Source: Bacteroidota bacterium (GTDB taxonomy: Bacteria > Bacteroidota > Rhodothermia > Rhodothermales > JANQRZ01). From it: a stretch of DNA of 64,000 bases. Positions 29,434 to 38,683 of the stretch are shown in pieces (positions within the stretch are counted from its first letter, which is position 1; each line of letters opens with the position of its first letter). Below the pieces are notes generated by a model that was not told the DNA's origin, did no database searches, and saw only the letters and a list, made by a program, of their open reading frames with translations. The position numbers were made by a program, and so were the translations under genes. The stretch covers positions 6,553 through 70,552 of the forward strand of contig JBCDKT010000012.1 of NCBI GenBank assembly GCA_038746285.1. Direction: 5' to 3'.

Positions 29434-29763
29434 CTATCCGCGCACGTCCTCGTCGTCGTACGTCAGGTCGACCTCGGGGAGGTCGCGGAATTCGTAGTCC
29501 GGGAGGTGGTTCTCGCGGATGTAGTCGATGGACTCGTGGAGTGCGGCGGCGAACTTGCCGAAGTCCTCCTTGTAGAGGAACACCTTGTGCTTCTCCCACC
29601 GGCCCTCGTCCACCTTCTTGCTCTCGGTGATGGTGATGAAGAAATCCTCGCCGGAACGGGTGGTCTTCACATCGAAGAAGTAGGTTCTGCGACCGGCGGG
29701 GACGCGCTTGGAGTAGATCTCGTCGCGGTGGTCGCGCCCGTGGTCAGCGTGGTCCTGGTCCAT
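29434..29763 (-). CDS. PUR-alpha-like (DUF3276) nucleic-acid-binding protein
   Basis: Trimmed to ATG 29763. IYSKRVPAGRRTYFFDVKTTRSGEDFFITITESKK...FLYKEDFGKF is the Bacteroidota DUF3276 pattern. Confidence 0.75.
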   Translation of the reverse strand: MDQDHADHGRDHRDEIYSKRVPAGRRTYFFDVKTTRSGEDFFITITESKKVDEGRWEKHKVFLYKEDFGKFAAALHESIDYIRENHLPDYEFRDLPEVDLTYDDEDVRG

Positions 29764-29909
29764 GAAGGTGGGAATTCGCTCGGGGGGACAGAGGGCAGCA
29801 CGAGACTGCCTATGGGCGGAGAATATGCGCCCCCCGGTTGCACAAAAACAACACGAGGTCGGAATGGGCACCCACACGGGCACTGCCTCGGGCACAGGAT
29901 GGCTCTTAC

Positions 29910-29951
29910 CATCTTCTGTCTCCCGTCTTCTGTTCCCCGTCTTCTGTCCTC
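29910..29951. repeat. 14-nt tandem repeat x3
   Basis: CATCTTCTGTCTCC / CGTCTTCTGTTCCC / CGTCTTCTGTCCTC (29910-29951), directly downstream of the stop at 29956 on the minus strand. Confidence 0.7.
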
Positions 29952-29955
29952 TGAA

Positions 29956-31608
29956 CTACGGCTGCTTCGGCGTGACCGGGGGCAGCGTGGCGAGGGTGAC
30001 GGGCTGGAGGATCGGCTGCTCGACGTGGAGCCGGAGCCGCTCAGCCCAGTAGCCGTCCAGCCGTTCGAGTTGCAGCGTCAGGCCGCCGGCCTCGGCCAAG
30101 CGTCCCTGCGCGACCAGGCAGTAGCCGAGCAGGTACAGCGCCGGGGCGAAGTGATGGTCCCGCAGCAGCACGTCGCGGATGGCCTGCTCGGCCTCGACGT
30201 ACTGCAGCCTCGACGCGTAAATCCTGGCCAGCCCGAGGGCGGCCAGGCTGGCGTAGGGCGTTCCCTCCTGCATCTGCTCGAAGAGGGCGTGCGCCGCCTC
30301 GAAGTTGCCCGTGCGGAGGTGGTGGTAGCCGAGCGCGTAGGCCGCCGGGAAATACGCGGCGTCCCGGTCGAGCGCCGCGCGGTACGCCTCGGCGGCGCGG
30401 TCTCGGTCGCCGATCTGGTCGAGTGTGGTGCCAAGCAGGAACTGGAGCGCCGGGTCGCTCGGTGCCTCGTCAGCCACGAGGCGGAGGGCGTTTTCCTGCT
30501 GGGTCCGCTCGCCGATCCGCCAGCCGTTCTGCTGCGTCAGCGAGGTGGCGAGTTCGAGCACGCGGGCGTGGGCGCGTGCCCCGGCGCGGGCGTGCACGTC
30601 GAGCGCCCGGCGTAGCCCGTACGGCTGCGCACGGCGGAGCCGCAGCGCAAGGGCGCGGCGCGGGTCGGTGGCCAGGCTGACGTTCTCGGCGAAGACGCGC
30701 AGCCCGTCGGCCGTCCGGCCCGAGGTCACGACGCCGAGCACGCGTCCCTGCCGGTCCAGGAGCGGGCCGCCGCTGTCGCCCGGGCGGACGCGGTTCGAGG
30801 AGACCCAGATCGTCTCGTCCGCGACGGGGTGCAGGTCGGCGTAGCGGACCCCGACGCCCGACTGCTGGACGCCGTCCGGCCAGCCGGCCGTGAACGCGGG
30901 GTCGCCCGGCTCGCCGCGCTCGTGGGGCGGGGCGAGCGCGAGCGGTACCAGCTCGGCCCGGCGCATCGCCTCGGGGTCCACATGAAGCACGGCGATGTCG
31001 CGGACGGGGTCGATGGCCCAGGTCTTTGTCGTGGTCAGGCGCTTGCCGTTCGGCAGTTGGACCCGGACGCGGTCCGTCCCGACCACGACGTGGTAGGCCG
31101 TCACGAGGGCATCGTCGGCGACGAGAAACGCCGATCCAATCCGCGTGAACCCGTCACCCTCGGCGACGACCGGCAGTACCGAGCGGGCGGCTTTGTAGAA
31201 CGACTTGGCTCCGGTGTAGGCCCTGATCGTGCGAGGCTGCGTCGCTGTGGCCACGGGTCCGGCCCGCACCGCAACGGCCGGCAGTTCCAGGACGCCCGCC
31301 CGCAGGGGGCGCAGCGTAAACCGCCGCGTCAAGACTGCCATCTCCACGCCGGCCACGGTGCCGCGCTCGGCCCGGATCGGCTCGGTGCGCACGATCTCAA
31401 ATCCGGTCCCCTTCGTGGCGACCTCCACCGAGACCCCCTCGCACTCGTCGGTGCGGGTGACAATCGCCTCGACCTCCAGCACGAGCGTCTCACCGACGGC
31501 TACGATGTCCCGGCTGACCGAGGAGAAGACCTGCACACGCGGCGCGTCCGCCGCCTGCGCGAGCGGTACCAAGAGCAGCAGCCCTCCGAAAAATGCCTGT
31601 GCACGCAT
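29956..31608 (-). CDS. Secreted trypsin-like serine protease fused to TPR repeats
   Basis: Signal peptide, catalytic triad context TAYHVV / DIAVLHV / GDSGGPLL, and a C-terminal half of TPR-like helices (AEAYRAALDRDAAYFPAAYALGYHHLRTGNFEAA...). Confidence 0.8.
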   Translation of the reverse strand: MRAQAFFGGLLLLVPLAQAADAPRVQVFSSVSRDIVAVGETLVLEVEAIVTRTDECEGVSVEVATKGTGFEIVRTEPIRAERGTVAGVEMAVLTRRFTLRPLRAGVLELPAVAVRAGPVATATQPRTIRAYTGAKSFYKAARSVLPVVAEGDGFTRIGSAFLVADDALVTAYHVVVGTDRVRVQLPNGKRLTTTKTWAIDPVRDIAVLHVDPEAMRRAELVPLALAPPHERGEPGDPAFTAGWPDGVQQSGVGVRYADLHPVADETIWVSSNRVRPGDSGGPLLDRQGRVLGVVTSGRTADGLRVFAENVSLATDPRRALALRLRRAQPYGLRRALDVHARAGARAHARVLELATSLTQQNGWRIGERTQQENALRLVADEAPSDPALQFLLGTTLDQIGDRDRAAEAYRAALDRDAAYFPAAYALGYHHLRTGNFEAAHALFEQMQEGTPYASLAALGLARIYASRLQYVEAEQAIRDVLLRDHHFAPALYLLGYCLVAQGRLAEAGGLTLQLERLDGYWAERLRLHVEQPILQPVTLATLPPVTPKQP

Positions 31609-31825
31609 GGCGTCCCCCGACGCTTGTTAACAATTTGGTAACACAAGAATCGTCGCAGTATACCAAAATCCTAAGCCCTCGGACAAGCCGAGAACGCTAG
31701 GCGCTCCGCCCTGTCCTCCCGGATCGTAATTCGGGAGGAGCAACGGACTCCGAAGCGTGTTTCTCCTCTATCGTCCGTCTGTACCTTCTCTTTTACCCTA
31801 TCACGTCTCCCATCCGATCCCTCCC

Positions 31826-32764
31826 ATGAACCTCAGCGAAACCTTTGGCAACCTCCTAGACAAGCTCCAGGGCTGGCTCGACGCGCTCATTCTGCTGCTG
31901 CCCAACTTCGTCGCGGCGGTCCTGATCGTCCTCGTCACCGTGTTCGTCGCGCGGCTCGTGCGGCGCGGCGTCAAGGGCATCCTCAGCCGAACCTCGTCCT
32001 ACGAGCAGGTCAACCACCTCCTCGCCACGATTGTCTACGTGGTCGTCCTCGCTGTCGGGACATTCATCGCGCTCGGCGTAGTGGGGGCGGACAAGGCGGT
32101 GACGTCGCTCCTGGCGGGCGCGGGCATCGTCGGCCTCGCGCTCGGCTTCGCGTTCCAGGACCTCGCGGCCAACTTCATCGCAGGCATCCTGCTCTCGATC
32201 CGCCGCCCGTTCGTCGAGGGCGACATGATCGAGACGAACGACTACACCGGGATCGTGAGCGAGATCAACCTTCGCTCGACGCAGGTCCGCACGTTCCAGG
32301 GCCAGACCGCGATCATCCCGAACGCGCAGGTCTTCCAGAACCCGCTGACGAACTACAGCACCGGCCACCGGCGCATCGACCTCTCCTGCGGCGTGGCCTA
32401 CGGCGACGACCTCGAGAAGGCGCGCTCCGTCGCCGTCGAGGCGATCAAGGGCCTCGACGTTGTGGACCAGAGCCGGGCCGTGGACTGCTACTTCAACGAG
32501 TTCGGCGGCAGTTCGATCAACTTCGTCCTCCGCTTCTGGATCGACTTCGACAAGCAGGCCGACTTTCTCCACGCGCAGAGCGAGGCTATCATCGCGCTCA
32601 AGCATGCCCTCGACGAGAACGACCTCACGATCCCCTTCCCGATCCGCACGCTCGACTTCGGCGTCGTCGGCGGCGAGCGCCTCGACGAGATCCTGCCCAA
32701 GCGGTTTTACGAGGGCGACGGCGGAGACGGAGCGGTGAGCCCGTCTGACGCGGAGCAGGCATGA
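31826..32764 (+). CDS. MscS-family mechanosensitive channel
   Basis: Trimmed to ATG 31826. TM helices, then GDMIETNDYTGIVSEINLRSTQVRTFQGQTAIIPNAQV (MscS beta-domain signature). Confidence 0.85.
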   Translation: MNLSETFGNLLDKLQGWLDALILLLPNFVAAVLIVLVTVFVARLVRRGVKGILSRTSSYEQVNHLLATIVYVVVLAVGTFIALGVVGADKAVTSLLAGAGIVGLALGFAFQDLAANFIAGILLSIRRPFVEGDMIETNDYTGIVSEINLRSTQVRTFQGQTAIIPNAQVFQNPLTNYSTGHRRIDLSCGVAYGDDLEKARSVAVEAIKGLDVVDQSRAVDCYFNEFGGSSINFVLRFWIDFDKQADFLHAQSEAIIALKHALDENDLTIPFPIRTLDFGVVGGERLDEILPKRFYEGDGGDGAVSPSDAEQA

Positions 32765-34269
32765 GCATCGACACGCTGAAAGAATACCTCGCCCCAGTCA
32801 GCGACCTTAGTGCCGCCGCGGCCTTGCTGGAGTGGGACCAGGAGACCTACATGCCGCCCGGCGCAGCCGAAGCCCGCGCCCATCAGCTTGCCACCCTCAA
32901 GCGGCTCGCCCACGAACACCTCACGAGCGACGAGGTAGGCCTTCTGCTCGAAGACCTGGAGCGCAACAAGCCAGCCGACGATCTCGACCGCGCGCTCGTC
33001 CGCGTCGCCCGGCGCGACTTCGACCGGGCGACCAAACTCTCGGCGGACTTCGTGACGCGGTTCGCCACGGCGAAGGCGCGGGCGCTGGAGGCGTGGAAGC
33101 ACGCCCGGCAGGACGACGACTTCGGCCGCTTCGCCCCGCACCTCCGCGAGATCGTCGACCTGAGCGTGGAGCAGGCCGAAGCGCTCGGGTACGACCCGCC
33201 CGACCAAGGTGGGTGCAGGTACGACGCGCTCCTCGACGCGTACGAACCCGGCGCGACGACGGCGGAGATCGAAGCCCTCTTTGGCGACCTCCGCGAGCAC
33301 CTCGTCCCCATCGTCCAGGCGCTCGCCGAGGCCGAGCCGCCCGACGACAGCGTTCTCCACCGCAGCTTCGACGCCGAGCGGCAGTGGCACTTCGGCCTCG
33401 AGGTCGCCCGCGCGCTCGGGTACGACTTCGTCTGCGGGCGGCAGGACCACTCGGCCCACCCGTTCACGACCTCGTTCTCGACGCGCGACGTCCGCGTCAC
33501 GACCCGCATCGCGCCGGACTTTTTCCCGACCGGCCTCTTCGGGACGATCCACGAGGTCGGCCACGCGCTCTACGAGCAGGGCATCGAACCGGCGCTGGAG
33601 CGAACGCCGCTCGCCGACGGGACCTCGCTCGGCGTCCACGAGAGCCAGTCGCGGCTGTGGGAGAACCTCGTCGGGCGCTCGCGCGGGTTCTGGCGCTGGG
33701 CCTACCCCCGCCTCCGCCAGACCTTCCCCGATGTGCTCGCCGGCGTGGCCGAAGACGCCTTCTACCGCGCCGTCAACCGCGTGCGCCCGTCGCTCATCCG
33801 GGTCGAGGCCGACGAGGTGACCTACAACCTCCACGTCATGCTCCGCTTCCAGATCGAGACCGCGCTCGTCTCGGGCAGCCTCGCCCCGCGCGACGTGCCC
33901 GAGGCGTGGAACGCGGCGATGCAGGACCTCCTCGGCCTCGCGCCGCCGAGCGACGCCGACGGCTGCCTGCAGGACATCCACTGGGCACTCGGCGCGATGG
34001 GCTACTTCCCAACCTACACGCTCGGCACGCTGATGTCGGTCCAGCTTTTCGAAGCCGCCGAGCGCGACCTGGGCGACCTCGGCGAGATGTTCGAGCGCGG
34101 CGAGTTCGAGCCGGTCCTCGGGTGGATGCGGGAGCACGTCCACCGCTGGGGCCGGGCGCGCTCAGCAGCGGAGATCATGGACGAAGCAACGGGCGGACCG
34201 CTCAGCGCCGAGCCGTGGCTGGCCTACGTCCGCCGCAAGTTCGGCGCGGTCTACGGCGTCAGCCTCTAG
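32761..34269 (+). CDS. M32 carboxypeptidase (Taq-type)
   Basis: HEVGHALYEQG (HExxH), IRVEADEVTYNLH and DIHW. ATGA overlap with the mscS-like gene. Confidence 0.9.
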   Translation: MSIDTLKEYLAPVSDLSAAAALLEWDQETYMPPGAAEARAHQLATLKRLAHEHLTSDEVGLLLEDLERNKPADDLDRALVRVARRDFDRATKLSADFVTRFATAKARALEAWKHARQDDDFGRFAPHLREIVDLSVEQAEALGYDPPDQGGCRYDALLDAYEPGATTAEIEALFGDLREHLVPIVQALAEAEPPDDSVLHRSFDAERQWHFGLEVARALGYDFVCGRQDHSAHPFTTSFSTRDVRVTTRIAPDFFPTGLFGTIHEVGHALYEQGIEPALERTPLADGTSLGVHESQSRLWENLVGRSRGFWRWAYPRLRQTFPDVLAGVAEDAFYRAVNRVRPSLIRVEADEVTYNLHVMLRFQIETALVSGSLAPRDVPEAWNAAMQDLLGLAPPSDADGCLQDIHWALGAMGYFPTYTLGTLMSVQLFEAAERDLGDLGEMFERGEFEPVLGWMREHVHRWGRARSAAEIMDEATGGPLSAEPWLAYVRRKFGAVYGVSL

Positions 34270-35339
34270 AGGATGTCGGCGCGGAAGCGGTCGTCGGCCG
34301 TGACGGAGCGGGCGAAGGCGGTCATCAGGCGGACGGCGTGCTCCACGTCGCCGAGGTCGACAGTCTCGACGGTCGAGTGCATGTAGCGCAGCGGCATCGA
34401 GAGCAGCGCGCTCGGGACGCCGGCCTTCGAGTTGAAGATCACGTCGGTGTCGGTGCCCGAGAAGCGCGACGAGGCCTCGTGCTGGAGCGGGATGTCCTCC
34501 TGCTCGGCGATCTCGACGAGGCGCTCGACGACCTTCGGATGGTTGACTGTGCCGTGCGTAATGCTCGGCCCGCCGCCTAGCTTGACCTCGCCGTGCTTGG
34601 CCTTGGGGATGCCGGGCGAGTCGGTGGCGTGCGTCACGTCGAGCACGAGGGCGACGTCCGGTTCGAGGCGGTAGGCGGCCATGCGCGCGCCGTGCCCGCC
34701 GATCTCTTCCTGCACGGCGTTCAACCCGATGACCCGGCTCGGCCGCTTCTCTTTCGAGGCCGCAAGCTGCCGGAGTGCCTGGGCGACGACGAACCCGCCG
34801 AGGCGGTTGTCGAGCGCCCGCCCGACGAGCCGCTGCTCGGTCAGCGCCTCGACCGAGTCGGCGTAGACGGCCGGGTGGCCGACGCGGACGCCGCGCCCGG
34901 CGACCTCGTCCTTCGAGGACGCGCCGATGTCGAGGAACAGCTCTTCGAGCTTCGGGGCCTTCTCCTCGCCCGACCGGTCGCGGAGGTGGATCGCCGTGTT
35001 GCCGACGACGCCGAGCACGGGCCCGTCGCTGCCGAGGATGCGGACCCGCTTGCCACGCGCGACAGCGTGGTCGCTCCCGCCGATCCGGTCGACGTGGATG
35101 AAGCCCTCGTCGGTGATGTATTTCACCATGAACCCGATCTCGTCGGCGTGGGCTTCGAGGAGGACTGTCGGGCCGTCGCCGCCAAGCGTCGCCCAGACGT
35201 TGCCGTAGGCGTCGCTCTCGACGCGGTCGGCGAAGGGCTGGACGTAGGCGGCCCACTTCTTCTGGCCGGGCGTCTCGAAGCCGGTCGGGCTGGGGGTGCT
35301 GAGCAGGTCGAAGAGGAAGGTGCGGTCGGCGTCGGTCAT
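34266..35339 (-). CDS. M42-family metallopeptidase (FrvX-like)
   Basis: Trimmed to ATG 35339. LLSTPSPTGFE...LLEAHADEIGFMVKYI...VDRIGG. Its stop shares the CTAG tetranucleotide with the convergent M32 gene. Confidence 0.85.
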   Translation of the reverse strand: MTDADRTFLFDLLSTPSPTGFETPGQKKWAAYVQPFADRVESDAYGNVWATLGGDGPTVLLEAHADEIGFMVKYITDEGFIHVDRIGGSDHAVARGKRVRILGSDGPVLGVVGNTAIHLRDRSGEEKAPKLEELFLDIGASSKDEVAGRGVRVGHPAVYADSVEALTEQRLVGRALDNRLGGFVVAQALRQLAASKEKRPSRVIGLNAVQEEIGGHGARMAAYRLEPDVALVLDVTHATDSPGIPKAKHGEVKLGGGPSITHGTVNHPKVVERLVEIAEQEDIPLQHEASSRFSGTDTDVIFNSKAGVPSALLSMPLRYMHSTVETVDLGDVEHAVRLMTAFARSVTADDRFRADIL

Positions 35340-35502
35340 GGATCGGAGGACGGAGGACGGGAAACGGAGGACAGGAAGGTAGGCGCGCCGTCCAAACGGC
35401 CCCGTTAACTTTCTCGGTTTTTGTTCTACTCCCTCCACTCCCTCCACAATCGGAACCCGTTGGCAGTGGGTCTGTGGAAAGCGGGGCTCCACTATCGCGC
35501 CC

Positions 35503-37797
35503 ATGACCGTCCGCCGTTTCTCCCTCTTTGCCCTCCTGCTCTTCGCGACCGCGCCGGCCTTCGCGCAGAGCATCGACGAGCCCGAGCCGCTCGTGGTGAT
35601 GAACCTCGCGGCGCACCCGGACGACGAGGACGGCAACACCCTCGCGCACTACCGCTGGGCCCACGACGCGGTCGCCTACTCGGTGATCTACACGCGCGGC
35701 GAGGGCGGGCAGAACGAGATCGGGCCGGACCTCTACGAGAAGCTGGGCGCGATCCGCACCGAGGAGACCGAGCGCGCCGGGCGCATCCTCGGTGCTCAGG
35801 TCCGCTTCCTCAACTTCTACGACTTCGGCTACTCGAAGTCGGCCGCCGAGTCGTTCGCGGCGTGGGGCGGGCGCGACGCGGTGACGGCGCGGCTCGTCCG
35901 GGTGATCCGCGAGCTGAAACCGGACGTGATCTTTACCAACCACGACACGCTGACGGTCGGGCCACGGACGCAGCACGGGCACCACCAGGCGGTCGGGCTT
36001 TCGGCCTACGACGCCTTCGCGCTCGCCGCCGACCCGAGCTTCCACCCCGAGCACCTCGCCGAGCCGGGCGTGGACCTCTGGCAGCCGAAGCGGCTCTTCC
36101 TCCGCAAGTGGCGCTTCGGCGGGACCGACGCGCCGCCGGACGTCTCGGTGCCGGTCGGCGAGACGATCCCAGGGCGCGACCTCGCGGCGACGGACATCGC
36201 CGTGGAGGCGGTAGCTGAGCACCGCTCGCAGGGCTTCGACAAGTTCGCCCCGCGCTTCCGGCGCCAGGTGACCGACTTCCAGCTCCTCCGCTCGGCCCCC
36301 GGCATCCCGGCGCTCCCTGACGAGGCCACCGACCTCGCCGACGACCTCGCCCCGAACCGCTACGCCAACGCCCTACCCCTCGCGGCGCTCCTCGACATGG
36401 GCCGCCTCACGGCCTCGCTGCGCGACGGCGAGGGGCTCCGGCCGCAGACGGAGCGCGCCGTGCCCGGCCAGACGGTCCCGCTCTACTGGCGCTTCGGGAC
36501 GCGGTTCTCGCCGGGCGGGCGGCCCTCGCCGGTCGAACTCGTCTTTACGGGCGCGGTCGACACCGTCGTGACCGTCCCGCCGGAAGCCTCGATGAACACC
36601 GAGCCGATTGCGTTTCTCCACGTCCCGCCCGACGCGAGGCCAACGCTCCCGAAGGCGGAGCGGCAATACGACCGGCTCCTCAGCACGCCGCCGGTCCAGT
36701 ACGCCATCCGCCTGCCCGGCCAGCCCGAGGCCATCTACACCGCCGAGCACCTCACGCTCGAAATCGCTGCGCCGATCACGGTCGAGCTGCCCGACGGTGT
36801 GATCCGGCTGATGCCCGGCGAGAACACGCTCGACTACCGCATCCGCATCGACGATCCGGACGTGAGCGGCGCGACGGTGCAGCTTGTCATCGCCCCGCCG
36901 GCAGAGCCGAACGTCCGCGTGCGCCCGCTCGTCGTCGCCGAGCAGACGGTCGGCAAGCGGGCGGGCTGGACGGACGAGACGTTCGCGTTCACGCTCCCCG
37001 ACGACATCCCGGTAGCGGACTACGAGCTCCGCCTCGAAGCGCGCCCGGCCCCGACGCCGACGCGCTACGCACCTACCACGGCGACGCGCACCGCACGGCC
37101 CCTGCCGCGCGTCGAGGTCGCCGACGGCCTGCGCGTCGGCTTCGTCAAGAGTTACGACGAGACGACCGAGTACGCGCTCCGCACGATGGGTGCGACTGTC
37201 GTCCCGCTCGACTCGGCGATGCTGGCCTCGGGCGACCTGAGCGACCTCCACACGGTCGTCGTCGATATCCGCGCCTACCTCGTCCGCTCCGACCTCCGGC
37301 GCTACAACGAGCGCCTGCTCGACTGGGTGCGCGCGGGCGGGCACCTCGTCGTGACCTACCAGAAGACGTTCGAGTGGAACGAGCAGTACGACGACCCCTT
37401 CGACGAAACGAAGAAAAACCCGGCGGGCTTCGCGCCCTACCCGCTGCTGCTCGGCCGGGACCGCGTGACGGTCGAGGAGGCACCGGTGACGCTCCTCGAA
37501 CCGGAGCACGTCCTCTTCCGCGCGCCGAACGCGACCGGGCCCGACGTGTGGGACGGCTGGGTGCAGGAGCGCGGCCTCTACTTCCCGGCAGGGTACGACG
37601 ACCGCTACGTCGAACTCCTTGCGATGAACGACCCCGGCGAGGACCCGCTGCCGAGCTCGACGCTGCTGGCCGAGGTCGGCGAGGGGACGTACCTCTACAC
37701 GGCGCTCGGGTGGTACCGGCAGCTCGCCGTCTACAACCCCGGCGCGTACCGGCTCTTCGCCAACCTCGTCAGCCTCCCGCTCGTCGATGGGCGCTGA
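35503..37797 (+). CDS. Large secreted PIG-L/LmbE-family deacetylase with C-terminal amidotransferase-like domain
   Basis: Signal peptide. MNLAAHPDDEDG...TNHD...HGHHQAVG is the LmbE zinc motif. The ~230-aa C-terminus (VVVDIRAY...GGHLVVTYQ) resembles ThuA/class-I GATase-like folds. Confidence 0.8.
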   Translation: MTVRRFSLFALLLFATAPAFAQSIDEPEPLVVMNLAAHPDDEDGNTLAHYRWAHDAVAYSVIYTRGEGGQNEIGPDLYEKLGAIRTEETERAGRILGAQVRFLNFYDFGYSKSAAESFAAWGGRDAVTARLVRVIRELKPDVIFTNHDTLTVGPRTQHGHHQAVGLSAYDAFALAADPSFHPEHLAEPGVDLWQPKRLFLRKWRFGGTDAPPDVSVPVGETIPGRDLAATDIAVEAVAEHRSQGFDKFAPRFRRQVTDFQLLRSAPGIPALPDEATDLADDLAPNRYANALPLAALLDMGRLTASLRDGEGLRPQTERAVPGQTVPLYWRFGTRFSPGGRPSPVELVFTGAVDTVVTVPPEASMNTEPIAFLHVPPDARPTLPKAERQYDRLLSTPPVQYAIRLPGQPEAIYTAEHLTLEIAAPITVELPDGVIRLMPGENTLDYRIRIDDPDVSGATVQLVIAPPAEPNVRVRPLVVAEQTVGKRAGWTDETFAFTLPDDIPVADYELRLEARPAPTPTRYAPTTATRTARPLPRVEVADGLRVGFVKSYDETTEYALRTMGATVVPLDSAMLASGDLSDLHTVVVDIRAYLVRSDLRRYNERLLDWVRAGGHLVVTYQKTFEWNEQYDDPFDETKKNPAGFAPYPLLLGRDRVTVEEAPVTLLEPEHVLFRAPNATGPDVWDGWVQERGLYFPAGYDDRYVELLAMNDPGEDPLPSSTLLAEVGEGTYLYTALGWYRQLAVYNPGAYRLFANLVSLPLVDGR

Positions 37798-38683
37798 GGC
37801 TACGCGCGCAGGTCAGCACCGGCGGGCCTACGCGGCCCTCGCCGGGGCGAGCGTGCTCTGGGGCGCCTCGTTCCCACTCGGCAAGCTCGCGCTCGGCGAG
37901 ATGGGGGCGGCGACGCTCGTCTTCTGCCGGTTCGTACTGGCCGCCGCGGTCCTGCTGCCGGTCGTCCGGTGGCGCGAGGTGCGGTGGGCGCGGCGCGACA
38001 CGGTCCTGCTCGTGGTCTGCGCAGTCCTCTGCGGGCCGGGGATGTTCCTGCTCCAGTTCGAGGGGCTGGACCGCACGACGGCGTCGAGCGCCGCCCTCCT
38101 CGTGGCGACGGCCCCGCCGATGATGGCCGTGGCGGCGACGCTCTTCGACGGCGAGCGGCCCGGCCGCCTGACGTGGGTCGCCGTCGGCCTCGCCACGCTC
38201 GGCGCGCTGCTGCTGATCGGCGCGCCGGGGCCGGGGCGGACGCTCCTCGGCGACACCCTCGTGTTCGTCTCGATGGGCATCGCCACGGCGTGGACGCTCG
38301 TCGTCCGGCGGCTCGCCCGGCGCGTCGGCGCGCTCGCGGCGACGGCGGCGCAGTTCGCGCTCGCGGCCGCCGTGCTCGTCCCGTTCCTGTGGGCGCTCGA
38401 CGGCGTGCCCTCGCTCAGCTTCTCGTCGGGGGCTTGGGCGGCCGTGCTCGGCCTCGGGCTTGGCTGCACGGCTCTCACGTTCTTCCTCTGGAACTGGGGC
38501 CTCCTCCACGCCGAGGCGGCGCGGGCAGGCGTGTTCGTCAACCTCGAACCGCTCGTCGGGGCAGCCCTCGGCGTCGCATTTCTGGGCGAGGTCCTCGGGC
38601 CGCTGGCGGTCGCCGGCGGGGCCGTGCTTCTCGCGGCGGCCTTCCTGGCGACGCGCCCCGACCGTGTCCCTGCCGCGCCATGA
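37787..38683 (+). CDS. EamA/DMT-family transporter
   Basis: 298 aa with ~10 hydrophobic helices in two EamA-like halves (WGASFPLGKLAL...). Overlaps the upstream gene by 11 nt. Confidence 0.8.
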   Translation: MGAEATRAGQHRRAYAALAGASVLWGASFPLGKLALGEMGAATLVFCRFVLAAAVLLPVVRWREVRWARRDTVLLVVCAVLCGPGMFLLQFEGLDRTTASSAALLVATAPPMMAVAATLFDGERPGRLTWVAVGLATLGALLLIGAPGPGRTLLGDTLVFVSMGIATAWTLVVRRLARRVGALAATAAQFALAAAVLVPFLWALDGVPSLSFSSGAWAAVLGLGLGCTALTFFLWNWGLLHAEAARAGVFVNLEPLVGAALGVAFLGEVLGPLAVAGGAVLLAAAFLATRPDRVPAAP

